Assembly: GCA_947493165.1 (NCBI GenBank)
Contig: CANLPY010000001.1
Coordinates: forward strand, 1,970,566 to 2,034,565
Reading direction: 5' to 3'
DNA length: 64,000 bases
Source: an uncultured Erythrobacter sp.
GTDB lineage: Bacteria > Pseudomonadota > Alphaproteobacteria > Sphingomonadales > Sphingomonadaceae
Position numbers and translations under genes: made by a program. The notes under the pieces are model-generated. The model was not told the origin of the DNA. It was given only the letters and a program-made list of their open reading frames with translations, and did not search any database. Positions 1-9,657 of this stretch are shown one piece after another. The number at the start of each line of letters is the position of its first letter. The stretch's first letter is position 1.

Positions 1-658
1 TTATCGTGCCTGATCCAGCGATCGTTGCCTCAACATTGCCGTCAGAGGCGAATGCGACTTGACCAGAACCGCCGATTGTCACCTCAGCATCGCCAACTTT
101 CACATCAGCCAGCTCAACATTGCCATTGCCGCCAATCACGACTTCGAGCCTTTCGACTGAGCCAGCGCCCACGACTGTTCCAGAGCCGCCAATGTTCAGT
201 TCAAGGTTCGATCCCTCAAACTCCGCAACTTTGACATTTCCCGAACCGCCAATGTTGATGTTGGCGCGGTCTGCCATGGTTGGCGCAACGACATCGCCGC
301 TGCCGCCGATGTTGATATCGCGCGGCGCAGGCATGGTGATGCGAATGGTGGCCGCCTCTGGACCATCCCAATCACTTTCGCGGTAGATCGCAAGGTCACT
401 TCCATCCAAGTCAAAACGCAGATCAGCTGCCGCCTCATCGCTGCCGTCGATTGTAATATCGAGCATTTCACCTTCGGTGATTATGACCTTATCCGGTGCA
501 GCAATGGAGAGGGTATCGGGAGCGGCGCCCGCCATTTCGAGCTCGGCCAGAGGAACCCCTTCACCATCAATATTGATATCTATCTCGCAGCCAGCCAGGC
601 CCAAGCCCATGGTCAGCGCGATAGCGGGCATCATGCGGGTCAATAGATTGCGGTTCAT
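1..658 (-). CDS. Head GIN domain (DUF2807) lipoprotein, 3'-truncated by the window edge
   Basis: Not in the ORF track; translated by hand from ATG at 658 (SD GGAGGAA just upstream). MNRNLLTRMMPAIALTMGLGLAGC lipobox, then repeated (N/V/T)IGGSG beta-helix motifs. No stop before position 1. Confidence 0.85.
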   Translation of the reverse strand, partial: MNRNLLTRMMPAIALTMGLGLAGCEIDINIDGEGVPLAELEMAGAAPDTLSIAAPDKVIITEGEMLDITIDGSDEAAADLRFDLDGSDLAIYRESDWDGPEAATIRITMPAPRDINIGGSGDVVAPTMADRANINIGGSGNVKVAEFEGSNLELNIGGSGTVVGAGSVERLEVVIGGNGNVELADVKVGDAEVTIGGSGQVAFASDGNVEATIAGSGTI

Positions 659-770
659 TGTTTGGTTCCTCCATCTCCAATTCTTAGCGTGTTACAGATG
701 TAATACACCAATATGGTATCTGCAAGGCCTGCGATCTAACGAAGGCGCAAATCAAACGGTCCCGCGAATC

Positions 771-797
771 AAAAAGGGCCGCCCGCAAGCGACCCTT
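771..797 (-). terminator. Intrinsic terminator downstream of carD
   Basis: Minus strand reads AAGGGTCGC-TTGCGG-GCGGCCCTTTTT: GC-rich stem with one G-U pair, then U5. Confidence 0.75.
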
Positions 798-828
798 CTG
801 GTTTGGTTTGGTGGGGCTGAGCGCTAAC

Positions 829-1365
829 TCAGCTCTCATCCTCATCATTGTCGTAATATTGCGGCGCGTGTTCGCGCAGCACTTCAAGGATTTTCTCAAG
901 CGCGGTCGGCTCGTCGGTTTCTTCCATCGCTGCCAATTCACGGGCGAGGCGGCTGGAAGCCGCTTCGAAAATCTGCCGCTCAGAATAGCTTTGCTCAGGC
1001 TGATCGTCAGGGCGGAACAGATCGCGCGTCACTTCAGCGATAAGGACAATCTCACCGGAGTTGATCTTCGCTTCATATTCTTGCGCCCGGCGTGACCACA
1101 TGGTCCGCTTCACCTTGGGTTTGCCTTTGAGCGTTTCCATCGCTTCTTTCAGCGTCTTATCGCTGGAAAGCTTACGCATGCCGATTGCTTCAACCTTATT
1201 GGTTGGCACGCGCAGCGTCATACGTTCTTTTTCAAAGCGCAAGACATACAGCTCAAGCTGCATGCCAGCGATTTCTTCATTTTGGAGTTCGATAACCCGG
1301 CCAACCCCGTGCTTGGGATAAACAACATAATCACCGACGGTAAATGCAGGCGAATTGCTTGCCAT
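829..1365 (-). CDS. carD: CarD/CdnL family RNA polymerase-binding transcription factor
   Basis: FTVGDYVVYPKHGVGRV...LRVPTNK...WSRRAQEYEAKINSG motifs. Start moved to ATG 1365 because of SD GAAAGGA upstream. Confidence 0.95.
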   Translation of the reverse strand: MASNSPAFTVGDYVVYPKHGVGRVIELQNEEIAGMQLELYVLRFEKERMTLRVPTNKVEAIGMRKLSSDKTLKEAMETLKGKPKVKRTMWSRRAQEYEAKINSGEIVLIAEVTRDLFRPDDQPEQSYSERQIFEAASSRLARELAAMEETDEPTALEKILEVLREHAPQYYDNDEDES

Positions 1366-1530
1366 GCGTAGTCCTTTCATTCGGCGTTCGACCGTCTGAA
1401 CCATGACGACACGAGCTGTTACAGCGGCAAAAAAGTGCGCGCCGTTCCCGTCTCATCCAAGATGTCGCAGTTGGTCTTAGCCTTCCTATTCTCGACCCTG
1501 CGCTGGGACCAACCAGCGCGGTTGATCCAT

Positions 1531-1559
1531 TATATAGCACAATTGCAATAAAATTGCGA
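1531..1559 (-). promoter_or_regulatory. Candidate sigma70-type promoter for carD
   Basis: Minus strand TCGCAA-N17-TATATA with an AT-rich spacer, ~165 nt upstream of the carD start. Confidence 0.4.
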
Positions 1560-1667
1560 GTCGCGCTTGACAGGCTACGAACTTACGCCGTTTTTGAGTC
1601 AAAATAGCATTGAAATGCTGAGGCTTTTGCGCTGACCAATGGCACGCAAACCAGTTGCAAAAGCGTG

Positions 1668-2006
1668 CTAGTCGCCCTCGCCTGGTGCTTCGCTAAAGTA
1701 CTTTTCAAATTTGCCTTCGACGCCCTTAAAATCATCAGCGTCAGCTGGCGGCTCTTTCTGGCTGGTGATATTGGGCCATTCGGCGGATAGCTTGGTGTTG
1801 AGTTCAAGCCACTTTTCAAGACCATCCTCTGTATCGGGCAAGATCGCTTCGGCCGGGCATTCTGGCTCACACACACCGCAATCGATGCACTCGCTTGGGT
1901 TGATGACGAGCATATTCTCGCCCTCATAAAAGCAATCCACCGGACACACTTCGACGCAGTCGGTGTATTTACATTTGATGCAGTCATCAGTGACGACATA
2001 AGTCAT
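1668..2006 (-). CDS. fdxA: 7Fe ferredoxin FdxA
   Basis: [25 protein letters not shown] and [12 protein letters not shown] cluster-binding motifs; 112 aa. Confidence 0.97.
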   Translation of the reverse strand: MTYVVTDDCIKCKYTDCVEVCPVDCFYEGENMLVINPSECIDCGVCEPECPAEAILPDTEDGLEKWLELNTKLSAEWPNITSQKEPPADADDFKGVEGKFEKYFSEAPGEGD

Positions 2007-2059
2007 GAAAAGCGGTCTTTCTTGCGAACTTAATATGTTTGCGCGGCTGCTAGGGCGGA

Positions 2060-2317
2060 TTACCCGGCTCGGTCAAGCTCCTGATAGTGAGAGCGTGCGT
2101 CCTCCGGCGATCCGCGCCTGTCAGGCAGCGATGTGATTTCCACTACCCGTACATCCTTGCCAATTGCTAAAGTCAGCACATCGCCTGCTACCACATCGTA
2201 AGAGCAGCGCATCACATGCTTTCTATTGCAGCGCAAAGAGCGGCTTGCGATCATCATTCGCGCGCGAGAGCGCGTGCGCGCGAAGCGGAGATAAACCAGC
2301 AGCCGGTCGAGCCGCAT
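2060..2317 (-). CDS. S4 RNA-binding domain protein (HslR/Hsp15-like)
   Basis: [18 protein letters not shown]4 signature. Start overlaps the helicase stop (TAATG). Confidence 0.9.
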   Translation of the reverse strand: MRLDRLLVYLRFARTRSRARMMIASRSLRCNRKHVMRCSYDVVAGDVLTLAIGKDVRVVEITSLPDRRGSPEDARSHYQELDRAG

Positions 2318-4980
2318 TAGCGGAGTAAGTCCGCCAATGCATCGAAGGCGCCGCTGGCTTTGGCCGGGCCGGTATCAGGCTTTTTAGGACGGCTTTGTCC
2401 CTTGGCCCGATTTTGGCCTTTGGGGCCGCCGCGATTCGCATTGCCTTTTGCATTCTTGCCGTGACGCGGGCGATTGTTTGGCCGGTCATCCTGCCGCTTG
2501 GGCCGCCAAATCCAGCTGTCTTGCGCTGGCGGACCAAATGCCCCTTCTGCCAAGGCGCGTGCGCGCTGTACCCGGAAACCAGCAGCGCTTAGCAGGCGGC
2601 GGGCGTTGTCTTCTTCCAATCCAATAGAGATTGGTAATGCAAGATCGAGCGCAAAGCGGGCATTGCGCGCCGCCCGGCCTGTCTTCTTGTCACCTTTCTC
2701 CGCTTTGGCCTGAGCTTTGCCGCGCGCGTCGAACCCAGCGCGGAAGATTTTCTCTGCGAGATCAACCCGGATCGCCTGAGTGCCAGCAGGGCGATACCCA
2801 GCAGGCAGCTTTTTAGCCTCTGGGATCACCGGCAGCATCGCCTCATTAAGGGCGCGTTTGTCGAGCCCGAGCTTGTGCAGCAATTGCCGCGGCGCAGGCT
2901 TAAGCAGCGGGAATGCAAAAATATCGAGAACGCCAAATGTCACGCCGAGCTTCCGCAAGAATGGGCGCATTTCTTTTGGCAAGTGCTGTAGGCCCGCCTG
3001 TTCGCGCGTCACCACACCGCGCGCATCGATCAGCGTGTGCAGCAGCGCGCGGGCTTCTGACCCGGCTTCGGGATCGCGCGCGGCCTCGGCCAATCTGCGC
3101 AAGGGCTCCAGCGGCTCCAACTGCGCGGTGAGCCAAGCGCCAAGGCCCGCTTCCAGTTTTGTGCGCGGCGCATCTGGCAGCATCGAAATCTCGCGCGCGA
3201 GCACAATACGCGGGCCAGCAAAGTCATCGGGCATTTCAATGTCGGCAAGCACGCTATCGTGCCAGCGGACCGCGCCCTTCACGATGGCGAGTTCACTCAG
3301 GCCCTCTGCCAGCAACCATTCCGCGCGCTGCGTCAGGATTGTTGGCAATGCCTTTTCACCGGCGGCGAGCAGCATCTTGCGATCCGCTACTGTCGCGTTG
3401 GGGTCGACCGCAAAACGGAACCCATCGAGCCGCCCAATCGCCTCTCCCTCGACACAAATCTGTCCATCCGGCTCCAACGTGACCGGCAGTTCGCCTGCAT
3501 TTTGCCCCAGCGACTTCATCAGTATTGTCGTCCTCCGATTGACGAATCTTTCGGTGAGCCGCCCGTGCAGCGCATCCGATAATTTGGCTTCGACAGCGCG
3601 TGCGCGCGCCGCCATTTCATCGCGCGCCAACACCCAATCGGGGCGCTGGCAGATATAGGCCCAACTGCGAATGGCCGCGATCCGCCCTTGCAGTGTATCG
3701 ATATCGCCCTGCATCCGGTCCAGTTCGGCAATGCGCGCGGCAACATAATCCGCGCCGATATAGCCCTCTGACAGATCTTGCCATAGCCGCGCGACAAAGC
3801 GTGCATGATTATCAGGCCCGATCTGGCGAAAGTCAGGCAGGCAGCACGCTTCCCAAAAGCGCCGCACGTGCCCGTTACCGCGCAAATTGCGGCCAATATC
3901 GTCCTCGGCCAAGCGTTTGAGCACGGCCAGATCAATGGCGCGCGGCGCAGCGGTTAGTGCATCGTCGCGCGGGCGGCTTTCCAGATCACCGATCAGCACA
4001 TTCACCGTATCAAAGCGCGGCTCAGCTTCGCGCCAGAACAGCTTGGTTAGCGGGGCGAACTGATGCTCTTCAATGGCGTAGATTTCTTCCTCAGCAAATT
4101 CGAGCGGCGCGCCGTTGCGCGTTCCGCCGCCCGCCAGCGTTCCGAAACTGCCATCGGTTTGGTGCCGTCCAGCACGCCCGGCGATTTGCGCCATCTCTGC
4201 CGGGGTTAGCCGCCGCTTGCGCCGGCCATCAAATTTACTGAGCGCCGCGAAAGCCACATGGTGCAGATCGAGATTGAGGCCCATACCGATCGCATCGGTG
4301 GCGACGATGTAATCAACCTCACCATTTTGGAACAATTCAACCTGTTTGTTGCGCGTTTGCGGTGAGAGCGCGCCCATCACGACCGCCGCGCCGCCTCTGA
4401 ACCGCCGCAGCATCTCTGCCATGGCGTAAACCTGCTCCACTGAAAACGCGACCACGGCGCTGCGCGGCGGCAAGCGCGACAGTTTCGTTTGTCCAGCATG
4501 GGTAAGGGTGGAAAAACGCGGCCTGCTTTCCAGTTCAGCGCCAGGGACCAGCTTTCTGACAATCGGCTCAAGCGTGGCAGAGCCGAGGATCATCGTTTCC
4601 TCTCGCCCCCGCGCATGGATCAGCCGATCAGTAAAGATATGCCCGCGTTCTGGGTCTGCACCGATTTGCGCCTCATCAATGCCGACAAAGGCGTGGCCGC
4701 CCCCTAAACGATCCATCGCCTCCATTGTGCAGCAGAAATAGCGCGCGTCAGGCGGTTCAATCCGTTCTTCACCGGTAATCAGCGCAACTTGCTTGTCCCC
4801 TTTGATAGCGCGCACCCGGTCATAGACCTCGCGTGCCAGCAAGCGCAGCGGAAAGCCCATCATCCCACTGGAATGCGCGCACATCCGTTCAATCGCGAGA
4901 TGCGTTTTGCCGGTATTGGTCGGGCCGAGCACAGCGCGAACGCGGCTTTCGCCTGAATGTCTGGAAGAATGCGCAGTCAC
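2317..4980 (-). CDS. SUV3/MgpS-like superfamily 2 helicase
   Basis: Walker A LGPTNTGKT, IDEAQ, VATDAIGMGLN, QIAGRAGR; basic low-complexity C-terminal tail; typical alphaproteobacterial helicase-S4-fdxA-carD order. Confidence 0.92.
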   Translation of the reverse strand: MTAHSSRHSGESRVRAVLGPTNTGKTHLAIERMCAHSSGMMGFPLRLLAREVYDRVRAIKGDKQVALITGEERIEPPDARYFCCTMEAMDRLGGGHAFVGIDEAQIGADPERGHIFTDRLIHARGREETMILGSATLEPIVRKLVPGAELESRPRFSTLTHAGQTKLSRLPPRSAVVAFSVEQVYAMAEMLRRFRGGAAVVMGALSPQTRNKQVELFQNGEVDYIVATDAIGMGLNLDLHHVAFAALSKFDGRRKRRLTPAEMAQIAGRAGRHQTDGSFGTLAGGGTRNGAPLEFAEEEIYAIEEHQFAPLTKLFWREAEPRFDTVNVLIGDLESRPRDDALTAAPRAIDLAVLKRLAEDDIGRNLRGNGHVRRFWEACCLPDFRQIGPDNHARFVARLWQDLSEGYIGADYVAARIAELDRMQGDIDTLQGRIAAIRSWAYICQRPDWVLARDEMAARARAVEAKLSDALHGRLTERFVNRRTTILMKSLGQNAGELPVTLEPDGQICVEGEAIGRLDGFRFAVDPNATVADRKMLLAAGEKALPTILTQRAEWLLAEGLSELAIVKGAVRWHDSVLADIEMPDDFAGPRIVLAREISMLPDAPRTKLEAGLGAWLTAQLEPLEPLRRLAEAARDPEAGSEARALLHTLIDARGVVTREQAGLQHLPKEMRPFLRKLGVTFGVLDIFAFPLLKPAPRQLLHKLGLDKRALNEAMLPVIPEAKKLPAGYRPAGTQAIRVDLAEKIFRAGFDARGKAQAKAEKGDKKTGRAARNARFALDLALPISIGLEEDNARRLLSAAGFRVQRARALAEGAFGPPAQDSWIWRPKRQDDRPNNRPRHGKNAKGNANRGGPKGQNRAKGQSRPKKPDTGPAKASGAFDALADLLR

Positions 4981-5084
4981 GATCCAACTGTGTCACCCGG
5001 CACGCGCGCCTGCAATGACCAGCGGGCATCTCTTAGGGAGGGTTCTCCACAAGTCATCGCTCGGTTGAGTGCTTTGGTCGAAAG

Positions 5085-5100
5085 TTAAGGCGACATTTAC
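5085..5100. promoter_or_regulatory. Candidate CtrA box
   Basis: TTAA-GGCGACA-TTTAC, one mismatch to TTAA-N7-TTAA, in the divergent spacer ~50 nt upstream of the M23 peptidase gene. Confidence 0.45.
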
Positions 5101-5150
5101 TTTAATCGGGCAGTGATTTCAGCCAATAGAGCGGTAAGTTTCCCACTGGA

Positions 5151-6887
5151 TTGGCCCAGTGGACATATCATCTTTCCGGCAAGCCAGGATTTGGATTGGA
5201 ACACGCACGCGACATTGCTGATGGTGAGACCACCGGCGCTCCTGAGCAATTGGGAGACGATGCCGCGCGTCCGATTACAATGGATCAGGGCAATCGTGAT
5301 CAGCAAGACGATCTGTTCGGCACCCTTGAAAAGCATGTCGCAGATCAACCGCGCAATGGCGCGCAAGCCGCCAAAAAGCTTGTTATCGCGCGTGTTTCTG
5401 GCTGGTCACAGCGTTACGACGAATGGAAGCTGAGTGTTGAAGAGCGTCTAATCGCAATCGACATGGCACCTGACCTTGCCAGCGAAATTGGCAGCGGGCG
5501 TTGGCTACGCGGTCTTGCGACTATGATCGTATTGGCCGCGATTGCGCTGGCATTCTGGCCGAGCATGGGCGCGCTTGAAGCCCGTCCAGCAATGATAATT
5601 GATGCAGACGCCCGCGATGAATTGCGCAGCCAGATGATCATGCCGCTCGCTTTTGGCGGCGATTCGGGCCGCCGGATGAGCGCCACCGCAGAGGTCATCC
5701 CGCTAAAAAGCGCGCCAGAACGTCCACAAATCGAATTGGTTGCGACGTTGGCCGAGGGCGACAGCTTTTCCAGCATGCTCCGGCGCGCGGGGCTATCTTC
5801 AGGCGATATCAGCCGGGTGAGCACTTTGGTCTCAGGCGCGATGCCGCTGAGCGAAATCGAATCCGGCACGCAAATGGACATTGTTCTGGGCCGCAGGACC
5901 GCTTCAGGAGTGCCGCGCCCCTTGGATGAGCTGGCGTTCCGCGCTCGGTTTGATCTGGAGCTGGCGATCACGCGCGATAGCGGCCAGTTGGCGCTGCAGC
6001 GCAATGTAATCCGCGTTGATGAAACGCCTTTGCGCATTCGCGGCAATGTGGGTGACAGCCTTTACCGCTCTATGCGGGCCGCCGGAGCCCCTGCGAGCGC
6101 CGTGCAGGATTATCTTAAAGCAATCGACGATCAAATTGATATGGACCGCGAAGTTCGCTCTACCGACCAGTTTGACATGATCATTTCTTATCGCCGTGCG
6201 GCGACGGGTGAACGGCAAGCGGGCAAGCTGCTCTATGCTGGGATTGATCGCGCTGGGTCACCTAAGACGCAATTGATGCGTTGGGGTGAAGATGGCCGCT
6301 TCTATGAAGCATCAGGCGTGGGTGAGCAGCGCGGCGGGCTTGTTGCGCCGGTTCCGGGTCCAGTTTCTTCGCGCTTTGGGATGCGCCGTCACCCGATCCT
6401 GGGTTATCGCCGCTTGCATTCCGGCATGGATTTTCGTGCGCGCCACGGCACACCGATTGTCGCTGTGACAGATGGCACCGTGACGTCAGCCGGGCGCGCG
6501 GGTGGTTGCGGCAATACGGTAAAGCTTGACCACGGAGGCAATTTGTCGACCCGCTATTGCCATATGAGCCGGATGGCCGTGCGCCGCGGGCAAAGTGTGC
6601 GCCGCGGACAAGTGATCGGTTATGTCGGATCAACGGGCCTCTCCACCGGGCCGCACCTGCACTATGAAATGTATCGCGGCGGACGGGCGATCAATCCAGC
6701 CAGCGTCAAATTCGTCACCCGCGCGCAGCTATCAGGCCGCGAGCTGGCAGATTTTCGAGGCGCGCTTGCCCGGTTGAAGACTGTTGAGCCGGGCGCTGCG
6801 CTTGAAGATTTGAAGCCGCTCAATAGCGAGGTTGATACCCCTGAGCGTGAAATTGAAAAGCTGGACGCAGTCAAAGAGGTCGACTGA
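5151..6887 (+). CDS. Membrane-anchored M23 family metallo-endopeptidase
   Basis: TM helix (MIVLAAIALAFWP), central OapA/Csd3-like region, intact zinc motifs HSGMD and STGPHLH. Exact start uncertain. Confidence 0.9.
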   Translation: MAQWTYHLSGKPGFGLEHARDIADGETTGAPEQLGDDAARPITMDQGNRDQQDDLFGTLEKHVADQPRNGAQAAKKLVIARVSGWSQRYDEWKLSVEERLIAIDMAPDLASEIGSGRWLRGLATMIVLAAIALAFWPSMGALEARPAMIIDADARDELRSQMIMPLAFGGDSGRRMSATAEVIPLKSAPERPQIELVATLAEGDSFSSMLRRAGLSSGDISRVSTLVSGAMPLSEIESGTQMDIVLGRRTASGVPRPLDELAFRARFDLELAITRDSGQLALQRNVIRVDETPLRIRGNVGDSLYRSMRAAGAPASAVQDYLKAIDDQIDMDREVRSTDQFDMIISYRRAATGERQAGKLLYAGIDRAGSPKTQLMRWGEDGRFYEASGVGEQRGGLVAPVPGPVSSRFGMRRHPILGYRRLHSGMDFRARHGTPIVAVTDGTVTSAGRAGGCGNTVKLDHGGNLSTRYCHMSRMAVRRGQSVRRGQVIGYVGSTGLSTGPHLHYEMYRGGRAINPASVKFVTRAQLSGRELADFRGALARLKTVEPGAALEDLKPLNSEVDTPEREIEKLDAVKEVD

Positions 6888-6952
6888 CCCAGCAAGCGCT
6901 GGTGCGCCGCGCGTGATTGCGCATCATGCAAATTTCCGGCTACAGCGCCGGT

Positions 6953-7948
6953 ATGACTGGAAGCTATCCCAAAACTCGCCTACGCCGCTCCCGAGCGAGC
7001 AGCTGGAGCCGTGCGCTCCACCGCGAAACCATTCTCACGCCGGCAGATTTGATCTGGCCTTTGTTTGTGACCGAAGGTGATGGGGTGGAAGAGCCAATAG
7101 CGACGTTGCCCGGCGTTTCGCGCTGGTCAGTTGATGGCATCGCCAAACGCGCCAAAGAAGCGGTTGAACTCGGTATTCCCGTCGTTGCTTTGTTCCCCAA
7201 TACACCCGCTGATCGGCGCAGCGATGATGGGACTGAAGCGCACAACCCGGACAATTTGATGTGCCGTGCGATCAAGGCGATCAAGCAAGCCTGCGGTGAG
7301 GATATTGGAGTGCTGACCGATGTTGCACTCGATCCCTACACCAGCCACGGTCAGGACGGCTTGCTCAACGATGCAGGCTATGTCGTGAATGACGAGACGG
7401 TCGCTCTATTGGTCGATCAAGCGATCAATCAGGCAGAGGCTGGTGCGGACATAATTGCTCCGTCAGATATGATGGATGGCCGCGTCCACGCTATCCGCAT
7501 GGCGCTGGAAATGGGCGGGCATCACAACGTCCAAATCATGAGTTATGCCGCAAAATATGCGAGCGCATTCTACGGGCCGTTTCGCGACGCAGTTGGTTCT
7601 GGCGGCCTGCTAAAGGGCGATAAGAAGAGCTATCAGATGGACCCGGCTAACGCTGATGAGGCGATGCGCGAGATCGAATTCGACATTGCCGAGGGCGCAG
7701 ACAGTGTGATGGTGAAGCCCGGCCTTGCCTATCTTGATATCATTTGCCGCGCGCGTCAGGCGTTTGATGTACCGATCTTCGCTTACCAAGTGAGCGGCGA
7801 ATATGCCTTGATCGAGGCGGGCGCAGCAGCCGGCATTGGCGAGCGTGACGCGCTGATGATGGAAAAATTGCTAGCCTTCAAACGGGCGGGATGCGCGGGC
7901 GTTTTGACCTATCATGCACCGGTGGCAGCTCGGCTGTTGAATGGCTGA
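6953..7948 (+). CDS. hemB: Porphobilinogen synthase (ALA dehydratase)
   Basis: YPKTRLRR start, DVALDPYTSHGQDG, APSDMMDGR, SYAAKYASAFYGPFRDA, MVKPG, AYQVSGEY. Confidence 0.97.
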   Translation: MTGSYPKTRLRRSRASSWSRALHRETILTPADLIWPLFVTEGDGVEEPIATLPGVSRWSVDGIAKRAKEAVELGIPVVALFPNTPADRRSDDGTEAHNPDNLMCRAIKAIKQACGEDIGVLTDVALDPYTSHGQDGLLNDAGYVVNDETVALLVDQAINQAEAGADIIAPSDMMDGRVHAIRMALEMGGHHNVQIMSYAAKYASAFYGPFRDAVGSGGLLKGDKKSYQMDPANADEAMREIEFDIAEGADSVMVKPGLAYLDIICRARQAFDVPIFAYQVSGEYALIEAGAAAGIGERDALMMEKLLAFKRAGCAGVLTYHAPVAARLLNG

Positions 7949-8528
7949 AGGCGAAACAGAATTCCGGCACGAAACCGAGCGTCTGATCCTGCGCGACTGG
8001 CGGGAAGAGGATTGGCCGCCGTTTTGGCTGCATTGCAATACCCCCACTGTTATGCGCTGGCTCGGCGGTGTCGCGGACGCTTCAACGATAGCGGCCGCAT
8101 CGCAGCGCATTGAAGGCTACCGTAGAGCACATGGCCACACATTTTGGCTGCTTGAGCGCAAGCGCGATGGTGGACACCTTAGTGGTGAAATACTGGGTTT
8201 TTGCGGATTGAAGCGCGCGAATGTCGAACGGGAGAAAGTCTTTGGCATGATGGAAGTCGGCTGGCGCCTGCGCGAAGATGCTTGGGGCAGAGGTTATGCA
8301 AAAGAGGCAGCGATTGCGTCGCTCGATCTCGGCTTTGAAGAATTTGGCGGTGATGAAATTGTCGCTCTGACGGTTCAGAGCAATGCACCGAGTTGGGGGC
8401 TAATGAAGGCGCTGGGTATGCGCCGCCGGGAAGAGCTTGATTTTGAAGATTCTTCATGGTCGACTGATGATCCGACCATGATCGTCTATTCGCTCAACCG
8501 GGCTGAGTGGGACGCGCAGCGTGGCTAA
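7941..8528 (+). CDS. RimJ/RimL-family GNAT N-acetyltransferase
   Basis: ETERLILRDW, GFCGL, EVGWRLREDAWGRGYAKEAA, NAPSWGLMKALGM. Overlaps the hemB stop. Confidence 0.9.
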   Translation: MAEGETEFRHETERLILRDWREEDWPPFWLHCNTPTVMRWLGGVADASTIAAASQRIEGYRRAHGHTFWLLERKRDGGHLSGEILGFCGLKRANVEREKVFGMMEVGWRLREDAWGRGYAKEAAIASLDLGFEEFGGDEIVALTVQSNAPSWGLMKALGMRRREELDFEDSSWSTDDPTMIVYSLNRAEWDAQRG

Positions 8529-9078
8529 GACCGTTCTTACGACTGAGCGATTGGAATTACGTCAGATCGGCGAAAATGATCTCGATGCGCACCTCAAACA
8601 TCTTAACACGACGGCGGTCATGGGACGCTTAGGCGGCCCGCGAAGCCGTCACGCCATCGCGGAAAAGCATGCGGCCTCGCGCGAAAGCTTTGCACACGAA
8701 GGGTTTGGCTTCATGCTGGGCTATGAACGGGCGACAGGCGAACTGGTGACGCATTGCGGAATGAAGCGCGTATCCAATCCGCTTGCGCCCAATATTGGCG
8801 ACCATGAGATCGGCTGGTTGGTTCGAGAGGATCGCTGGCGCAGAGGGCTAGCTGAGGAAGCGGTGCGCGCGATCATCGACTGGGCGTTTGAAGCTCATAA
8901 GGCTCCGCATTTGGTTGCGCTCACCAGCGAGAGCAATATCGGTAGTTGGAAACTCATGGAGAAGCTCGGCATGCAGCGCCGCCCAGAGCTCGATTTCAAA
9001 GACCCCTTCTTTTCGGATGAAGACAATCCTACCATTCAATACTCGCTCACCCGCGAGCAATGGGAGAACCATAAATGA
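8521..9078 (+). CDS. RimJ/RimL-family GNAT N-acetyltransferase (paralog of the previous gene)
   Basis: TTERLELR, HCGM, EIGWLVREDRWRRGLAEEA, NIGSWKLMEKLGM; GTG start overlapping the previous stop. Confidence 0.9.
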   Translation: MAKTVLTTERLELRQIGENDLDAHLKHLNTTAVMGRLGGPRSRHAIAEKHAASRESFAHEGFGFMLGYERATGELVTHCGMKRVSNPLAPNIGDHEIGWLVREDRWRRGLAEEAVRAIIDWAFEAHKAPHLVALTSESNIGSWKLMEKLGMQRRPELDFKDPFFSDEDNPTIQYSLTREQWENHK

Positions 9079-9650
9079 GCTCCGCCCAGCTACATCCCGG
9101 CGTCAATATCATCCCGATCCACGGCAAGGCACCGCGCATCCATGAGACCGCGTTTGTAGCTCCTGGCTCGACTATCATTGGCGATGTCGAAATTGGTGCG
9201 CACAGCTCAATCTGGTACAATTGTGTGGTGCGGGCTGACGTCTTCAAAATCCGAATCGGAGAGCGCAGCAATGTGCAGGATGGCAGCGTCTTACATTGCG
9301 ATCCACCGCGCCCGGGCGATGAGGGCGGCTCGCCGCTGATCATAGGGGATGACGTGCTGATCGGGCACATGGCGATGGTGCATGGCTGCACAATCGAAGA
9401 TCGCGGCTTTGTGGGCCTTGGCGCGATTGCGATGAATAAATCAGTGATCGGATCTGACGCCATGCTGGCAGCGGGCGCTATGCTGACCGAGGGTAAACGC
9501 ATGGAGCCCCGCATGCTTTGGGCGGGCCGCCCGGCAAAGCCAATGCGCGAGCTATCCGAAGCTGCGATTGCGGGGATGCAGGCAGGTGTCGCCCACTACA
9601 CAGAAAATGCCAAACACCATGCTGACGCGGTGAATGAGGCTTTGTCTTAG
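9075..9650 (+). CDS. Gamma carbonic anhydrase family protein (YrdA-like)
   Basis: IGDVEIG, IRIGERSNVQDGSVLH, IGHMAMVHGC: hexapeptide repeats with the metal-binding His residues. Confidence 0.92.
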   Translation: MSSAQLHPGVNIIPIHGKAPRIHETAFVAPGSTIIGDVEIGAHSSIWYNCVVRADVFKIRIGERSNVQDGSVLHCDPPRPGDEGGSPLIIGDDVLIGHMAMVHGCTIEDRGFVGLGAIAMNKSVIGSDAMLAAGAMLTEGKRMEPRMLWAGRPAKPMRELSEAAIAGMQAGVAHYTENAKHHADAVNEALS

Positions 9651-9657
9651 ATGCCTG

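Noticed and set aside
1-400. Recurrent ATTGGCGGC-like nucleotide repeats
   Set aside because: They encode the IGGSG beta-helix repeats of the GIN domain; no spacers, so not CRISPR-like.
2780-3658. Long alternative-frame and antisense ORFs in the track (e.g. 2780-3658, 5414-6046, 17113-17796, 27720-28376, 33343-34008, 39419-40081, 56346-57131)
   Set aside because: They overlap well-supported genes, show no motifs, and are the expected shadow ORFs of GC-rich coding sequence.
9075-9650. Hexapeptide-repeat protein as the missing PglD acetyltransferase
   Set aside because: It has the gamma-carbonic anhydrase His pattern and lies in the hemB operon, over 30 kb from the PglC/PglE genes.
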